Below are positions 1 to 11,091 of a stretch of DNA of 64,000 nucleotides, piece by piece. The DNA is taken from the NCBI GenBank assembly GCA_963795085.1, contig CAWCFX010000001.1:960001-1024000 (forward strand), given 5' to 3'. The first letter of the stretch is position 1; each line of letters opens with the position of its first letter. Both the position numbers and the translations under genes were made by a program. The DNA is from an uncultured Gemmatimonadales bacterium. Its GTDB lineage: Bacteria > Gemmatimonadota > Gemmatimonadetes > Gemmatimonadales > GWC2-71-9. Below the pieces are notes generated by a model, which was given only the letters and a program-made list of their open reading frames with translations, was not told where the DNA came from and searched no databases.

Positions 1-1
1 G

Positions 2-1884
<1,883 letters not shown>

Positions 1885-1888
<4 letters not shown>

Positions 1889-3108
1889 GCGGGGTGGACC
1901 CCGTTCGCCAGGTTATCGTTGGCCAGTTCCTCCTGCTCTTCCGCGGCGATCGCCCGCCAGGCGGGGAGCGCCCGCCCCACGTCCTCCCGCTCCTGGATTC
2001 GCTGGCCCAGCGATTCCATCCGAGCCGGCTCCCCGCCGGCCAACGCCGTCGCATCGTGGGCCAGCACGTTGGCGATGTGAACTGCCAGTCCCGGACCCAG
2101 CGGCTCCCGGACCAGCACGGTGGGATCATGGTGCAGCGCCACGGCCTCCACGATCTCGCCCGGCAGACCCCAGAGCCGCAGGAGTTCCGCCCCGGTCAGG
2201 GCGTGGCTGGGAAGATCCTGTTTCTGCTCGGTCGCCACTGACGTCCCTCCGGTTGTGTCCGCCAGCACCCGCCCGTACGGTTCCGGCAGGTGGGCGGCGT
2301 ACACCAGCTTGCCGATATCGTGGAGCAGCCCGGCGGTGAAGGCGGCTTCCCGGTCCTGCCGGGTGTCCATCATCCGGGCCGCGATCCGCCCCACCAGCAG
2401 GCCGTGTTGTTTGTGCCCCGCCAGTGAAAACAGGGGACAATGGCGGCTGGCCGCGAAATGCCGGAAGCTTTCGATGGAGAGCACGATCGCCTTGAGGGCG
2501 TTGCTGCCGAGGTAGGCGACGGCGTCCTGGATGGACGTGACCCGGTGGGCCGGCCCGAAACAGGACGAGTTGGCCATCTGCAGGGCCTTGCTGGCCACGG
2601 CATCATCCCGCTCCACGATCTCGGCGAGGTCCCGGGTGCTGGCGGCCGGGTCGAGCAGGGTCGTGAGCAGGTCGCTGTACACGCTGGGCGCGGTGGGCAG
2701 TCCGGCGAGCTGGACCAGGACCTTCTGAATGCTGGCGGGCAACCGGGCCTGGACCTGTTCCATGCGGTCCAGGGCATCGCGCAGGTGGAGGACGCTGCAG
2801 GGCTTGGCCAGGTGAAGATGGATCAGCGGGACCAGCTGGCCGCCGATCTCGGGATCGGCGTGGCCGGAGAGGACAATCCTCCCCATCCGCGGATAGTGCA
2901 GCTTCACATGCTCGAGCAGGCCGACGCCGCTCATGCCCGGCATCTGGATATCGGTGATGATCACGTCGAACGGGGCGCGGTCCATCCTGGTGATCGCGCT
3001 GGCGGCGTCTTCCGCGGTCTCGACCTCGGCTACTCCGGGCGACAGCCGCAGGGCCCGCGCCAGGGCGCTGCGCACGGCGGCCTCATCATCGACCAGGAGG
3101 ACCCGCAT
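1885..3108 (-). CDS. Response regulator: receiver + HDOD domain
   Basis: VLLVDDE...ITDIQMP receiver; LQMANSSCFG and AGLLHDIGKL HDOD motifs; stop overlaps relA stop (CTAG). Confidence 0.85.
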
Positions 3109-3926
3109 CAGGCACTCCGCGGCGACGGCAGGCGGGAACGGTCATCCATCGGAAGGCGGACCCGGAAGGTGGCGCCTTTTCCCGGTTCGCTCACGAAGTC
3201 CAGGGAGCCGCCGTGTTCCTCGACCACGATGGCCCGCGCGATGGCCAGTCCCTGGCCGGTGCCGGCGCCGGCCTGCTTGGTGGTGAAGAACGGGGTGAAG
3301 ATGTTCGGTGCCACCTCGCGGGAAATCCCGGAGCCGGAGTCGGTGACCGTGAGGACTGCCCAGGGCCCCACGCAGGACGTGGTGATTTCGATGATGCCGG
3401 TCTGGCCGTCGCGGCCGGATTTTTCTTCGATGGCATCCGCCGCGTTAAGCAGCAGGTTGAGCGCCACCTGCTGGAGCAGCCCCGGCTGGCAGACCACGGG
3501 GGGTAAGGACGCCAGGTCGGTGCGAATCACCGCCACCGGGCGAATGCGGTTCGCCGCGAGCATGATGGCGCCTTCCACCAGCCGGTTCAGGTCGGCGGCG
3601 GACTTGGTGGTGGTGCCCGGATGGGCCAGGGTCTTCACGGCGTGGACGATCTCCCGGGCCCGGGCGACCCCTTCCAATGCCTCTTCAATCGCCAGCGAAA
3701 TTTCCGCGCCCAGGTTCCGGGGCGCGATTCCGCCGCCGGGGCTGCCCGACTCCGGCAACCGGGCCAGATAGGGCTGCAGGCAGGCGTGGGCCTCCTGCAG
3801 GAACTGCAGGGTGTCGCCCAGGCTCTGGAGCGGGGTGCTCAGTTCATGGGCGATGCCGGCGGAGACCTGTCCCAGCGCCTCCAGCTTCTGCACCTGCCAT
3901 CGCTCATGGTTGGACCGCACCGGCAT
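3108..3926 (-). CDS. Cytoplasmic histidine kinase (HisKA + HATPase), no sensor domain
   Basis: IAHELSTPL H-box, NAADA N-box, DSGSGI, FTPFFTTK, GTGQGL; start placed at ATG 3926, downstream of the sigma28-like promoter. Confidence 0.8.
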   Translation of the reverse strand: MPVRSNHERWQVQKLEALGQVSAGIAHELSTPLQSLGDTLQFLQEAHACLQPYLARLPESGSPGGGIAPRNLGAEISLAIEEALEGVARAREIVHAVKTLAHPGTTTKSAADLNRLVEGAIMLAANRIRPVAVIRTDLASLPPVVCQPGLLQQVALNLLLNAADAIEEKSGRDGQTGIIEITTSCVGPWAVLTVTDSGSGISREVAPNIFTPFFTTKQAGAGTGQGLAIARAIVVEEHGGSLDFVSEPGKGATFRVRLPMDDRSRLPSPRSA

Positions 3927-3959
3927 GACTCGAGGACTCTCATGAAGGGTCCTCGACGA

Positions 3960-3986
3960 GTATCGGCCGGGGCGGGCGGTTCTTGA
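3960..3986 (-). promoter_or_regulatory. sigma28 (FliA)-type promoter of kinase-HDOD operon
   Basis: TCAA-N15-GCCGATAC on minus strand. Confidence 0.7.
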
Positions 3987-3996
3987 CGACATGCGG

Positions 3997-4995
3997 TCAG
4001 CCGGCTTGCAATGGCCGCAGCGGGGCCATGCCAAAGGGGCCAGGCAGGGGGGCGGGGACCAGCCAGCGGCCCGGCTCCAGCGCCCGGCTCTTTTTCCGCC
4101 GGTAGAGGGCCTGGTCAGCCCTGTCCACCAGGCTGGCCACGTCGAGGTCGTCTCCTGCGGCGAGCTCGACCGATCCGATACTCAGGGTTACCGGGTAGGC
4201 GAGCCCGGCCGCCCCGCTGATCTCCTTCAGCTTGGTTTCGATCCGGCGGGTCAGGATCCGGGCCGACGCGTCCCGGGCGTCGTATCCGAAGGCCACGAAT
4301 TCGTCGCCTCCGAACCGGGCCAGCAGGTCGGAATCCCGGAACGAGGTCCGCAGGGCCCGGGCCGCGAGGACCAGCGCCCGGTCCCCCTCGGTGTGGCCGT
4401 AACGGTCGTTGATGATCTTGAGACCGTCCATGTCGGCGCAAAGCAGGAGGCAACGCCGGCGATTCCGGCGCGCTACCCGCAACTGCGCTTCGGCGAGAGC
4501 ATAGAACCCCCGGCGGTTATACAGGCCGGTGAGCGGGTCGGTGAGGGAGAGATCGCGGAGTGCGAGCACGTGCCGGTGCCGCTCCACGGCGCAGCGGATG
4601 GTGCGCAGCAGGTTGGGCGTGGTCAGCTGGTCCCGGTTCAGATAGTCCTGGGCCCCCCGACGGACGGCCTCGATGGCGAAGCTCTCATTCGCGGTGTCGG
4701 TCACCACGATCACCGGCACGTGGGGCGAGACGCCCAGCAATTCCACCAGGATCCGGATGTCCCGGTCGGAGACCGCATCGACCAGGAGCAGGTCGATTCC
4801 CGGCTGTTCCAGTCTCCGCTCCACCTCGGCCTTCCGCTCGACCGACTCGAAGACCACCTGGGTGCCCGAGGCCGACAGCATGTGGGCGAGGTAGGCCGCG
4901 TGCTGCTTCCGAGCCGACAGTCCGAGTACCATGAGTGGTTTATCGGGACCGGGGACAGCCGGAGCCTGCGCGGATCGCGAAGGTGAGGTAGCCAT
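3997..4995 (-). CDS. Receiver-like + GGDEF diguanylate cyclase
   Basis: DPLTGLYNRR, INDRYGH, RDSD (RxxD I-site) and RFGGDEF. Confidence 0.9.
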   Translation of the reverse strand: MATSPSRSAQAPAVPGPDKPLMVLGLSARKQHAAYLAHMLSASGTQVVFESVERKAEVERRLEQPGIDLLLVDAVSDRDIRILVELLGVSPHVPVIVVTDTANESFAIEAVRRGAQDYLNRDQLTTPNLLRTIRCAVERHRHVLALRDLSLTDPLTGLYNRRGFYALAEAQLRVARRNRRRCLLLCADMDGLKIINDRYGHTEGDRALVLAARALRTSFRDSDLLARFGGDEFVAFGYDARDASARILTRRIETKLKEISGAAGLAYPVTLSIGSVELAAGDDLDVASLVDRADQALYRRKKSRALEPGRWLVPAPLPGPFGMAPLRPLQAG

Positions 4996-5042
4996 GGCTC
5001 GCGTAAGAGAGAGAAGGGAAACGGGTGTCGCGGAGGGAAAAG

Positions 5043-5057
5043 GCAGAAAGCGTGCCT
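5043..5057 (-). promoter_or_regulatory. sigma54 -24/-12 promoter of GGDEF gene
   Basis: AGGCACGCTTTCTGC (GG-N10-GC). Confidence 0.65.
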
Positions 5058-5160
5058 CAGAGTTATCCTGAGTGCCCCGGTTGATTTAAACCAATTGCCG
5101 GTAACGGCTTATGTGATGGCCTCCAGTCGTTGGGTTGTTGGCGTTACCGGTCCACCGAGG

Positions 5161-5197
5161 GGAAGGATTTTCCGGTGAGGAGGAAGGATTGTCCGGT
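5161..5197. promoter_or_regulatory. Paired enhancer-like sites (putative bEBP UAS)
   Basis: GGAAggattTTCCggt and GGAAggattGTCCggt, 21 bp apart, ~105 bp from the sigma54 promoter. Confidence 0.55.
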
Positions 5198-5202
5198 TCG
5201 GA

Positions 5203-5589
5203 CTACTCGACGGCCGCCTTGGGCGGCTGGTTCTCCAGCAGTTCCGCGATCTTGGCCTTCAGGCTTTCGGCGGTGAAGGGCTTGATAAGGTAGCCATCGA
5301 TGCCGGCCTCCATGGCGGCGAGGATGTCTTCTTTGACGTTCCGGCCGGTTGCCATCAGGATCCGGACGTTGGCGGTGTCGGGCCGGGCCCGGAGTTGCCG
5401 GGCCAGTTCCACGCCGCCCAGGGTCGGCATGTTCCAGTCGGTGATGACGAGGTCGAAACTCTGGTCCAGCTGCTCCAGGGCCAGCTTGCCGTCGGCGGCC
5501 TCGAGCACCTCGTGGCAGCCCAGCTCCTGCACCATGTTGGCCATGATACGGCGCATCGTAATGGAGTCGTCCACCACCAGGCACTTCAT
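5203..5589 (-). CDS. cheY: CheY-like single-domain response regulator
   Basis: LVVDDS, ITDWNMP, YLIKPF; follows flgM. Confidence 0.8.
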   Translation of the reverse strand: MKCLVVDDSITMRRIMANMVQELGCHEVLEAADGKLALEQLDQSFDLVITDWNMPTLGGVELARQLRARPDTANVRILMATGRNVKEDILAAMEAGIDGYLIKPFTAESLKAKIAELLENQPPKAAVE

Positions 5590-5596
5590 GGCGGGT

Positions 5597-5908
5597 CTAG
5601 CGGTCCAGTTCCGACAGGAGCCGCCGGCTGACCTCGTCCTGGACTTCGGGGCGGTCGTAATGGCCGCCGGCGATCTTCCGGGACAGCGCGCTCAACCGTT
5701 CGGGCGACAGGGTTCCGGCCGGGGGCAAATCCTCGCTCGATCGCTGGGCCAGCGCCTGGGCGGCCTCGGAGAGCTCGATCCCGTCGGACCCGGCCGCGCC
5801 GGTTTTCTCCCCGCTGGCCCCTTTCCCCGCCTCCGGGGCCTCGGAGGCCTGGGTGCGGGAGTACTGGGCCGGGTTGATCTTGCCTGAGGATGCCGGTTTG
5901 ATGTCCAT
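5597..5908 (-). CDS. flgM: Anti-sigma28 factor FlgM
   Basis: ~100 aa, D-x-IELSEAA and ERLSALSRKIAGGHY motifs; sigma28 promoter upstream. Confidence 0.7.
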   Translation of the reverse strand: MDIKPASSGKINPAQYSRTQASEAPEAGKGASGEKTGAAGSDGIELSEAAQALAQRSSEDLPPAGTLSPERLSALSRKIAGGHYDRPEVQDEVSRRLLSELDR

Positions 5909-5973
5909 GTGTCACGCCCCGATTGATGTAGCCGGTAAGGACCGGGACCCTCGCGGGGAGGGTATCGTACAGA

Positions 5974-6000
5974 GCATCGGCCGCTCCCCGGGAAACTTTA
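5974..6000 (-). promoter_or_regulatory. sigma28 promoter of flgM-cheY
   Basis: TAAAGTTT-N11-GCCGATGC, near-consensus; -35 overlaps the flaF stop codon. Confidence 0.8.
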
Positions 6001-6378
6001 GACTCCGGCCCGGACCGAGAGGCCGTCGGCCACCGAGCGGTTGATATTGATCAGGATCTGGAGCGCCGCCGGGTCGGGGTCGGCCAGGACCTCGTAGGTC
6101 CGGCGGTCCACGAAGCGGCAGAGGTTCAGGAGATTGGCGCGGACCTCCGCGGCCAGCTGGTGGTCGGGGCTGGCCAATTCGCACTGAAACACCGTCCACA
6201 GGCGCTGGTTGAACCGGAGGGCTCCGGCCAGGAGGTCGCCGCGGTTGGCCCCGTCCCATTGATTCCGGACCGCTTCCAGTTGCCGGGCACTCTTGTAGAG
6301 CGCGGCCGCTTCCAGGTCGCGCGTGGAGAAAGTGGCTTTGCCACCGGCCTCATAGGCCAGATGCGGACTACTGAACAT
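5998..6378 (-). CDS. flaF: Flagellin regulator FlaF
   Basis: RDLEAAAL...ALRFNQRLWTVF...LRANLLNL-like...LININRSVADGL pattern; downstream of flbT. Confidence 0.85.
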   Translation of the reverse strand: MFSSPHLAYEAGGKATFSTRDLEAAALYKSARQLEAVRNQWDGANRGDLLAGALRFNQRLWTVFQCELASPDHQLAAEVRANLLNLCRFVDRRTYEVLADPDPAALQILININRSVADGLSVRAGV

Positions 6379-6757
6379 TGGCTATCAACCCTCGTTCGTG
6401 GGCCAGCAGCATCCGGGCGGTCTTGAGGGCCCGGTAGAGATGGCCGGTGGTGAGCTGGAAATCGATCTTGTCCAGGACTTTCCGGCAGCTGGGTGCGGCG
6501 ACTGCGAGTTCGGCGGCCAGCGCGGCATAGGTCAGCCGGTGGGTGTGGCGGTGTTCCGGGTCCACGTAGATCAGCTGGAGGGCCATGTAGACCCGCTGGG
6601 CCGGCGTCTGGACGTCGCCGGGTCCCAGGATATCCGACTGGCGGAGGACCGGAACCGTATTCTCGACGAACAGCTCCACCTTTGCGGAGCCGTTGCGCAC
6701 CACGGCGCCGCTGATGACGACGCGCTCATTGGGTTTGAGTCTCAGGCGGAGGGCCAT
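6368..6757 (-). CDS. flbT: Flagellin post-transcriptional regulator FlbT
   Basis: MALRLRLKPNERVVISGAVVRNG, TPAQRVYMALQLIY, YRALK motifs. Confidence 0.9.
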   Translation of the reverse strand: MALRLRLKPNERVVISGAVVRNGSAKVELFVENTVPVLRQSDILGPGDVQTPAQRVYMALQLIYVDPEHRHTHRLTYAALAAELAVAAPSCRKVLDKIDFQLTTGHLYRALKTARMLLAHERGLIANVQ

Positions 6758-6820
6758 GGCGATCGGACCTGGAGTCGAAGGACACGGGGGCCGAAGCCCC
6801 GGGAGAACTCTGCGGCGAAC

Positions 6821-6857
6821 TCGGAGCGGCCGGCGCGCCTTCGCGCCGGCCTTCCGA
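6821..6857 (-). terminator. GC-rich stem-loop just after flagellin stop (partial terminator or mRNA stabiliser)
   Basis: TCGGA-gc-GGCCGGCGCG-cctt-CGCGCCGGCC-t-TCCGA; no U tract. Confidence 0.45.
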
Positions 6858-6871
6858 TTCGACCGGCGTGC

Positions 6872-7684
6872 TTAGAAAAGCCGGAGCACGCTCTGCTGCG
6901 CCTGCGAGGTGAGGCTCAGGGCCACCACGCCGAGCTGCTGGCGGGTCTGGAGGGCGAGCATGTTGGCGCTCTCCTCGTTCTGGTCCGCGGCCGTGAGGTT
7001 GTCCGCACCGGTCGTCAGGGTGTTGATCATTTCGGCGGTGAAGTCCTGCCGGGTCGAGATGACGCCGTTGCTGCTGGAGAGCGACGCGGCGTTGGTCCGC
7101 AGCGTGCTCAGGGCCGCATCGAGGTCCACGACGGCGGCATCGATGTCGGCGTCCGCCACCCAGGCGTTCGCGGCCGCGCCGATCGAAAGGCCGCCAGAGT
7201 CGGCGTCGAAGCCCACCACGTCGATGGACGACGTGCCGGCCTCGTTGAACTCGACCGTCAGCGTGGCCGACTGCAGCAGGTTGGACCCCTTGTAGCCGGA
7301 GTCGCCCGCCAGCTCGTCGATCTGGGTCATGATATCGCCGAACTGGGTGGCCAGGGCCGCCCGGCCGGTCGCGTCGGCGCTACGGGCCGCCGTCGCCAGA
7401 CCCTTCGCCTGCTCGATCAGCTTGGTGATGCCCGAGATACCGGCGCTCGCCGCCTTGATCGTCTGGATCGCCTCGCTCATCGCGTCCTTCCGGGCCGCCA
7501 GGTCGCTGGCGCGGCCGCGGTGGCCTTCGGCCGCGAAGAACGCGGCGGCATCGTCGATCGCGCTGTTGACCTTACGTCCGGTCGCCAGCCGCTCGGTGGT
7601 CCGTGAGAGCAGAGCGCTCACGTTCTGCAGGGACTGCAGGTTGCCCCGCATCCCGCCAGCCAGGGTGACATCATTGATAGCCAT
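6872..7684 (-). CDS. Flagellin, short (270 aa), alphaproteobacterial type
   Basis: ERLATGRKVNSAIDDAAAFF N-terminus; AADQNEESANMLALQTRQQL...SVLRLF C-terminus. Confidence 0.9.
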   Translation of the reverse strand: MAINDVTLAGGMRGNLQSLQNVSALLSRTTERLATGRKVNSAIDDAAAFFAAEGHRGRASDLAARKDAMSEAIQTIKAASAGISGITKLIEQAKGLATAARSADATGRAALATQFGDIMTQIDELAGDSGYKGSNLLQSATLTVEFNEAGTSSIDVVGFDADSGGLSIGAAANAWVADADIDAAVVDLDAALSTLRTNAASLSSSNGVISTRQDFTAEMINTLTTGADNLTAADQNEESANMLALQTRQQLGVVALSLTSQAQQSVLRLF

Positions 7685-7756
7685 GGAAACCCCCTTCTAG
7701 GGTAGTACGTGGGACCGGGCTTCTCCCGGTTGCCGGCGCGGTGCCGACAATTCCCA

Positions 7757-7783
7757 GCTTCGTACCCACCCGGAAAAACTTGA
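7757..7783 (-). promoter_or_regulatory. Probable sigma28 promoter of flagellin
   Basis: TCAAGTTT-N11-TACGAAGC; strong -35, degenerate -10. Confidence 0.5.
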
Positions 7784-7811
7784 GGGGCGCCCGGGGTGCC
7801 AGGCGCGTGGC

Positions 7812-8681
7812 TCAGGCGCGGAGGTAGTCCAGCAGGTTGGTGGAGAGGACCCGGCCCAGGGCCGCGTAGGCCTGTTCCATGCTGTTCTGCAGGCTGATGA
7901 GCCGGACGGCCGCTTCGGCCGGGTTGACGTCGGCGATGGCTTCCCGGTTGTCCAGCGAGGTGGCTGCCCTGCTGGCCAGGTCGCGGGCGGTGCTCTGGAT
8001 CTGGGCCAGCCGGACCCCGTTGACCGATTGGGTGGCCAGGGCCTGCTGGGCCGGGGCGTCGATGCCGATGGCGGCGGCCGCCACGGCGCTCCCCGCGCCG
8101 GCCTGGACCTCCTGGATCAGGGCATCGATGGCCTGGATTCCGGGGAGGAAGAGCTGGTCACCGGTGTGGGTGGTATCCATCATGACGCCATCGTCCAGCT
8201 GGACCTGCCGGATCGTGGTGTCCCCGACGTAGTTGCCGGCGGAATCGAACGGGGGGGTCGCGGTCTGGGCCCCGCCAAAGAGGTACTCCTCGCCCACCCG
8301 GGTATTCCCGAGCGAGATAATCTGGTCCCGGATCTGACCAAGGGCGGCGAGCGCCGGCTGGCGGGCCGGGTCGCTGGGCAGCGGCGTGGCCGCGCCGAGG
8401 CCGATTTCCCGGGCCTGGGCCAGGAGGGTTCGCAGCGAGGAAAGAGAAGCGTCCTCGACCGAGAGACGGGTGGTGGCCATGGTGCCGTTGCGCTGGAACT
8501 GGGCCACGTCCCGGAGTCCCGCATCGAGCCGCATGAGGGTGGCCGCGTTGGCGGGATCGTCCGAGACCGTGTTGATCCGCTTGCCGGTGGTGACCGCGGA
8601 CTGGGCCCGGGCCAGCGCCTCCAGGTTTCGGCGAACGGTCTGTAGCGCATTCTGCTGCAACATCTTGGACGAGATTCTCAC
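7812..8681 (-). CDS. flgL: Hook-associated protein 3 FlgL
   Basis: MRISS..., TGKRINTVSDDP, YLFGGAQTATPPF, NLLDYLR. Confidence 0.85.
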   Translation of the reverse strand: MRISSKMLQQNALQTVRRNLEALARAQSAVTTGKRINTVSDDPANAATLMRLDAGLRDVAQFQRNGTMATTRLSVEDASLSSLRTLLAQAREIGLGAATPLPSDPARQPALAALGQIRDQIISLGNTRVGEEYLFGGAQTATPPFDSAGNYVGDTTIRQVQLDDGVMMDTTHTGDQLFLPGIQAIDALIQEVQAGAGSAVAAAAIGIDAPAQQALATQSVNGVRLAQIQSTARDLASRAATSLDNREAIADVNPAEAAVRLISLQNSMEQAYAALGRVLSTNLLDYLRA

Positions 8682-8704
8682 GGCACTCTCCTGCCTCGAA
8701 AAGG

Positions 8705-8733
8705 GTGACAGACCCTTCAGTATCGGCTAGATT
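8705..8733 (+). promoter_or_regulatory. sigma70-like promoter of the sigma54 activator gene
   Basis: GTGACA-N17-TAGATT. Confidence 0.45.
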
Positions 8734-8747
8734 GGGGTACCCCTTGA
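8720..8747 (-). promoter_or_regulatory. sigma28 promoter of flgL
   Basis: TCAA-N16-GCCGATAC. Confidence 0.6.
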
Positions 8748-8775
8748 GCATACCCGCGTTTTCGGACGGGACCGA

Positions 8776-10170
8776 ATGGCTTCCATTCTCTGTGTAGACG
8801 ACGAACCCGCGGTCGCCGTGGTGCTGGAACATGCCCTGGAACTGTTGGGGCATACCCCGGTGCTGCGTAACAGCGTGGCCGACGCCCTCAAGGAGATGGG
8901 CCGGCAGCCCTTCGACCTGGTCATCTCCGATTTCCGGATGCCGGAACAGACCGGCATCGACCTCCTGGGGCTCATGCAGGAACGGGGACTGGATATCCCC
9001 GTCATCATCATGACCGGCTACTCCAGCATCGAGCACGCCGTGATGAGCATCCGGCACGGGGCCGTGGACTACCTGACCAAGCCGCTCCGGGCCGAAGCCC
9101 TCCGGATCGCCGTCAGCAACGCCCTCGAAGTCATGCGGCTCCGCCGCGAGAACGACGCCTTCCGCCGCGAGATCAACAGCCTCAAGGGCGCCCGCATCAT
9201 CGTCGGCGAAAGCCCCGCCCTCCGCGACGTCCTCTCGACGATCACGACGGTCGCCCCAACCCGGGCCACCGTGCTGCTGGAAGGCGAGTCCGGCACCGGG
9301 AAAGAACTTTTCGCCCGGGCCCTCCACGAGCAGAGCGGCCGGTCCGGCGTCCTGGTCACCATCAACTGCGCCGCCCTGCCCGAAGGCCTGGTCGAAAGCG
9401 CCCTGTTCGGCCATGAGCGGGGCGCCTTTACCGGGGCCACCGCTCGGAGCGCTGGCGCCTTCGAGCGGGCCCACAACGGCACCCTCATGCTGGACGAGAT
9501 CTCCGAGATGCGGCTGGACCTCCAGTCCAAGCTGCTCCGGGCCATCCAGGAACAGGAGTTTGAGCGGGTCGGCGGCACCCAGCCGATCCGGGTGGACGTG
9601 CGGCTGGTCGCTACCACTAACCGGAAACTCCAGGACGAGGTCGCCGCCGGGCGGTTCCGCCAGGATCTCTACTATCGGCTGAGCGTCATGCCCATCCGGA
9701 CGCCGCCGCTTCGAGAGCGGCACGGCGATGTCCCCCTCCTGGTGAAGCACTACGTCGCCCACGTCGCGTCCCAGCTGGGCACCAAGCCCCCCATCATTGT
9801 GCCGGAGGCGATCGATTTTCTCCAGCAACAGAGTTGGCCCGGCAACATCCGGGAACTCGCCAACGCGGTGGAGCGGGCGGTGATCCTCTGCCGCAACAAC
9901 CGGCTCACCCCCGATTCCTTCGGCTTTATCGCAGGCGGTATGCCACGGACGGCCGCGACCGCGTCGCCAGCCGCGGCCGACGCGCCGTTCTACGCCGCCG
10001 ATGGCAACGGCGGGGAGCAGCCGCTGGACCTCGAAACGCTGGAAAAGCAAGCGATACAACGCGCTCTGGCCGCCAGCCAGGGTCACCGCGGACGCGCCGC
10101 CGAGCTGCTCGGCATCAGTGAACGGACCCTCCGCAACAAGCTGAATCCCCGCCCCGACAAGACCGCATGA
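8776..10170 (+). CDS. sigma54-dependent response regulator (NtrC/FlbD/FleR-like bEBP), likely flagellar activator
   Basis: Receiver, GESGTGKE, GAFTGA, LDEI, WPGNIREL, C-terminal HTH. Confidence 0.9.
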   Translation: MASILCVDDEPAVAVVLEHALELLGHTPVLRNSVADALKEMGRQPFDLVISDFRMPEQTGIDLLGLMQERGLDIPVIIMTGYSSIEHAVMSIRHGAVDYLTKPLRAEALRIAVSNALEVMRLRRENDAFRREINSLKGARIIVGESPALRDVLSTITTVAPTRATVLLEGESGTGKELFARALHEQSGRSGVLVTINCAALPEGLVESALFGHERGAFTGATARSAGAFERAHNGTLMLDEISEMRLDLQSKLLRAIQEQEFERVGGTQPIRVDVRLVATTNRKLQDEVAAGRFRQDLYYRLSVMPIRTPPLRERHGDVPLLVKHYVAHVASQLGTKPPIIVPEAIDFLQQQSWPGNIRELANAVERAVILCRNNRLTPDSFGFIAGGMPRTAATASPAAADAPFYAADGNGGEQPLDLETLEKQAIQRALAASQGHRGRAAELLGISERTLRNKLNPRPDKTA

Positions 10171-10183
10171 CCGGGCCCCAACC

Positions 10184-10217
10184 GGAAATTCTGGCCGCCA
10201 TCCCGGAAGTTTCTTCC
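10184..10217. promoter_or_regulatory. Paired enhancer-like sites upstream of flgB
   Basis: GGAAattctGGCC and GGAAgtttcTTCC, 21 bp apart. Confidence 0.55.
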
Positions 10218-10319
10218 GCGCTTCCGGGGCTGGTCCCGGCAGTCCTGCAAGCCGGTCCTCTCCTCGCAACATCCTTCCCCACGAAGACTTAGACGTTTTT
10301 CGCCGGGCCGTGCGCGGAG

Positions 10320-10334
10320 TGGTACGTCGCTTGC
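10320..10334 (+). promoter_or_regulatory. sigma54 promoter of flgB operon
   Basis: TGGTACGTCGCTTGC (GG-N10-GC). Confidence 0.75.
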
Positions 10335-10368
10335 CCCTGCGGCGTCTGCCACTCACACAGGAAACCGT

Positions 10369-10665
10369 ATGCTGCGCGGACTATTCGGACCCACATCAGT
10401 CTCGGCGATGCTGCGAGGCGGCCTGGAGGAAGCCAGCGCCACCCACCGCGCGATCTCCCAGCGGGTTGCCGGCGCGCTCACGTCGAGCTCCAGCACCGGC
10501 TTCGATAATGCGCTCAAGTCGAGCGAGGCCGCCCAGCAGACCGAGGCGAACCTGCAGCGGGACATGGCCGAACTGGCCGATACCCAGCTGCGCTACGAAG
10601 CCGATGCCAAGCTGCTCCAGCAGGCCTATGCCCGGCTCCGCACGGCGATCCGCAGCAATGTCTAA
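10369..10665 (+). CDS. flgB: Basal-body rod protein FlgB (short)
   Basis: First gene before flgC; NLQRDMAELADTQLRY...LRTAI C-terminus. Confidence 0.75.
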   Translation: MLRGLFGPTSVSAMLRGGLEEASATHRAISQRVAGALTSSSSTGFDNALKSSEAAQQTEANLQRDMAELADTQLRYEADAKLLQQAYARLRTAIRSNV

Positions 10666-11077
10666 TCCGCCCTTTCCCATCACCCCGCGCCCGGTCCGCA
10701 ACCTGTTGCGGCCCCTCGCGATGAGCGCCGAGGGCATGTCGGTGCAGCAGAAATTCATGGAGATCATCTCCGCCAACATCGCCAACTCCGAAACCACCCG
10801 GACACCGGAAGGCGGGGCGTACCGCCGGCAGATGGTGGTCGCGGGGCGCAGCGCCGGCGGCGGCATCACCACCCAGGTGGTGGAGGATCTGAACCCCGGC
10901 CGTTCCGAGTACGACCCGTCCCACCCTGACGCGGATGCCCAGGGGTATGTCGTCCGGCCCAACGTGGAAATTGCCAACGAACTGGTGGACCTGATGATCG
11001 TCCGCCGGGTGCACGAAGCCAACGTCAGTGTGTTCCAGGCGGCGAAAGCCATGCTCCGCCGCGCTCTCGAGATCTGA
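10658..11077 (+). CDS. flgC: Basal-body rod protein FlgC
   Basis: ANIANSETTRT, YDPSHPDAD..GYV..PNV, HEANV. Confidence 0.9.
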   Translation: MSNPPFPITPRPVRNLLRPLAMSAEGMSVQQKFMEIISANIANSETTRTPEGGAYRRQMVVAGRSAGGGITTQVVEDLNPGRSEYDPSHPDADAQGYVVRPNVEIANELVDLMIVRRVHEANVSVFQAAKAMLRRALEI

Positions 11078-11091
11078 ACAGGACGAACCCC

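Noticed and set aside
3927..4034. Longer N-terminus for the kinase as given in the ORF track
   Set aside because: Overlaps the GGDEF gene end and contains a near-consensus sigma28 promoter, so ATG 3926 is preferred
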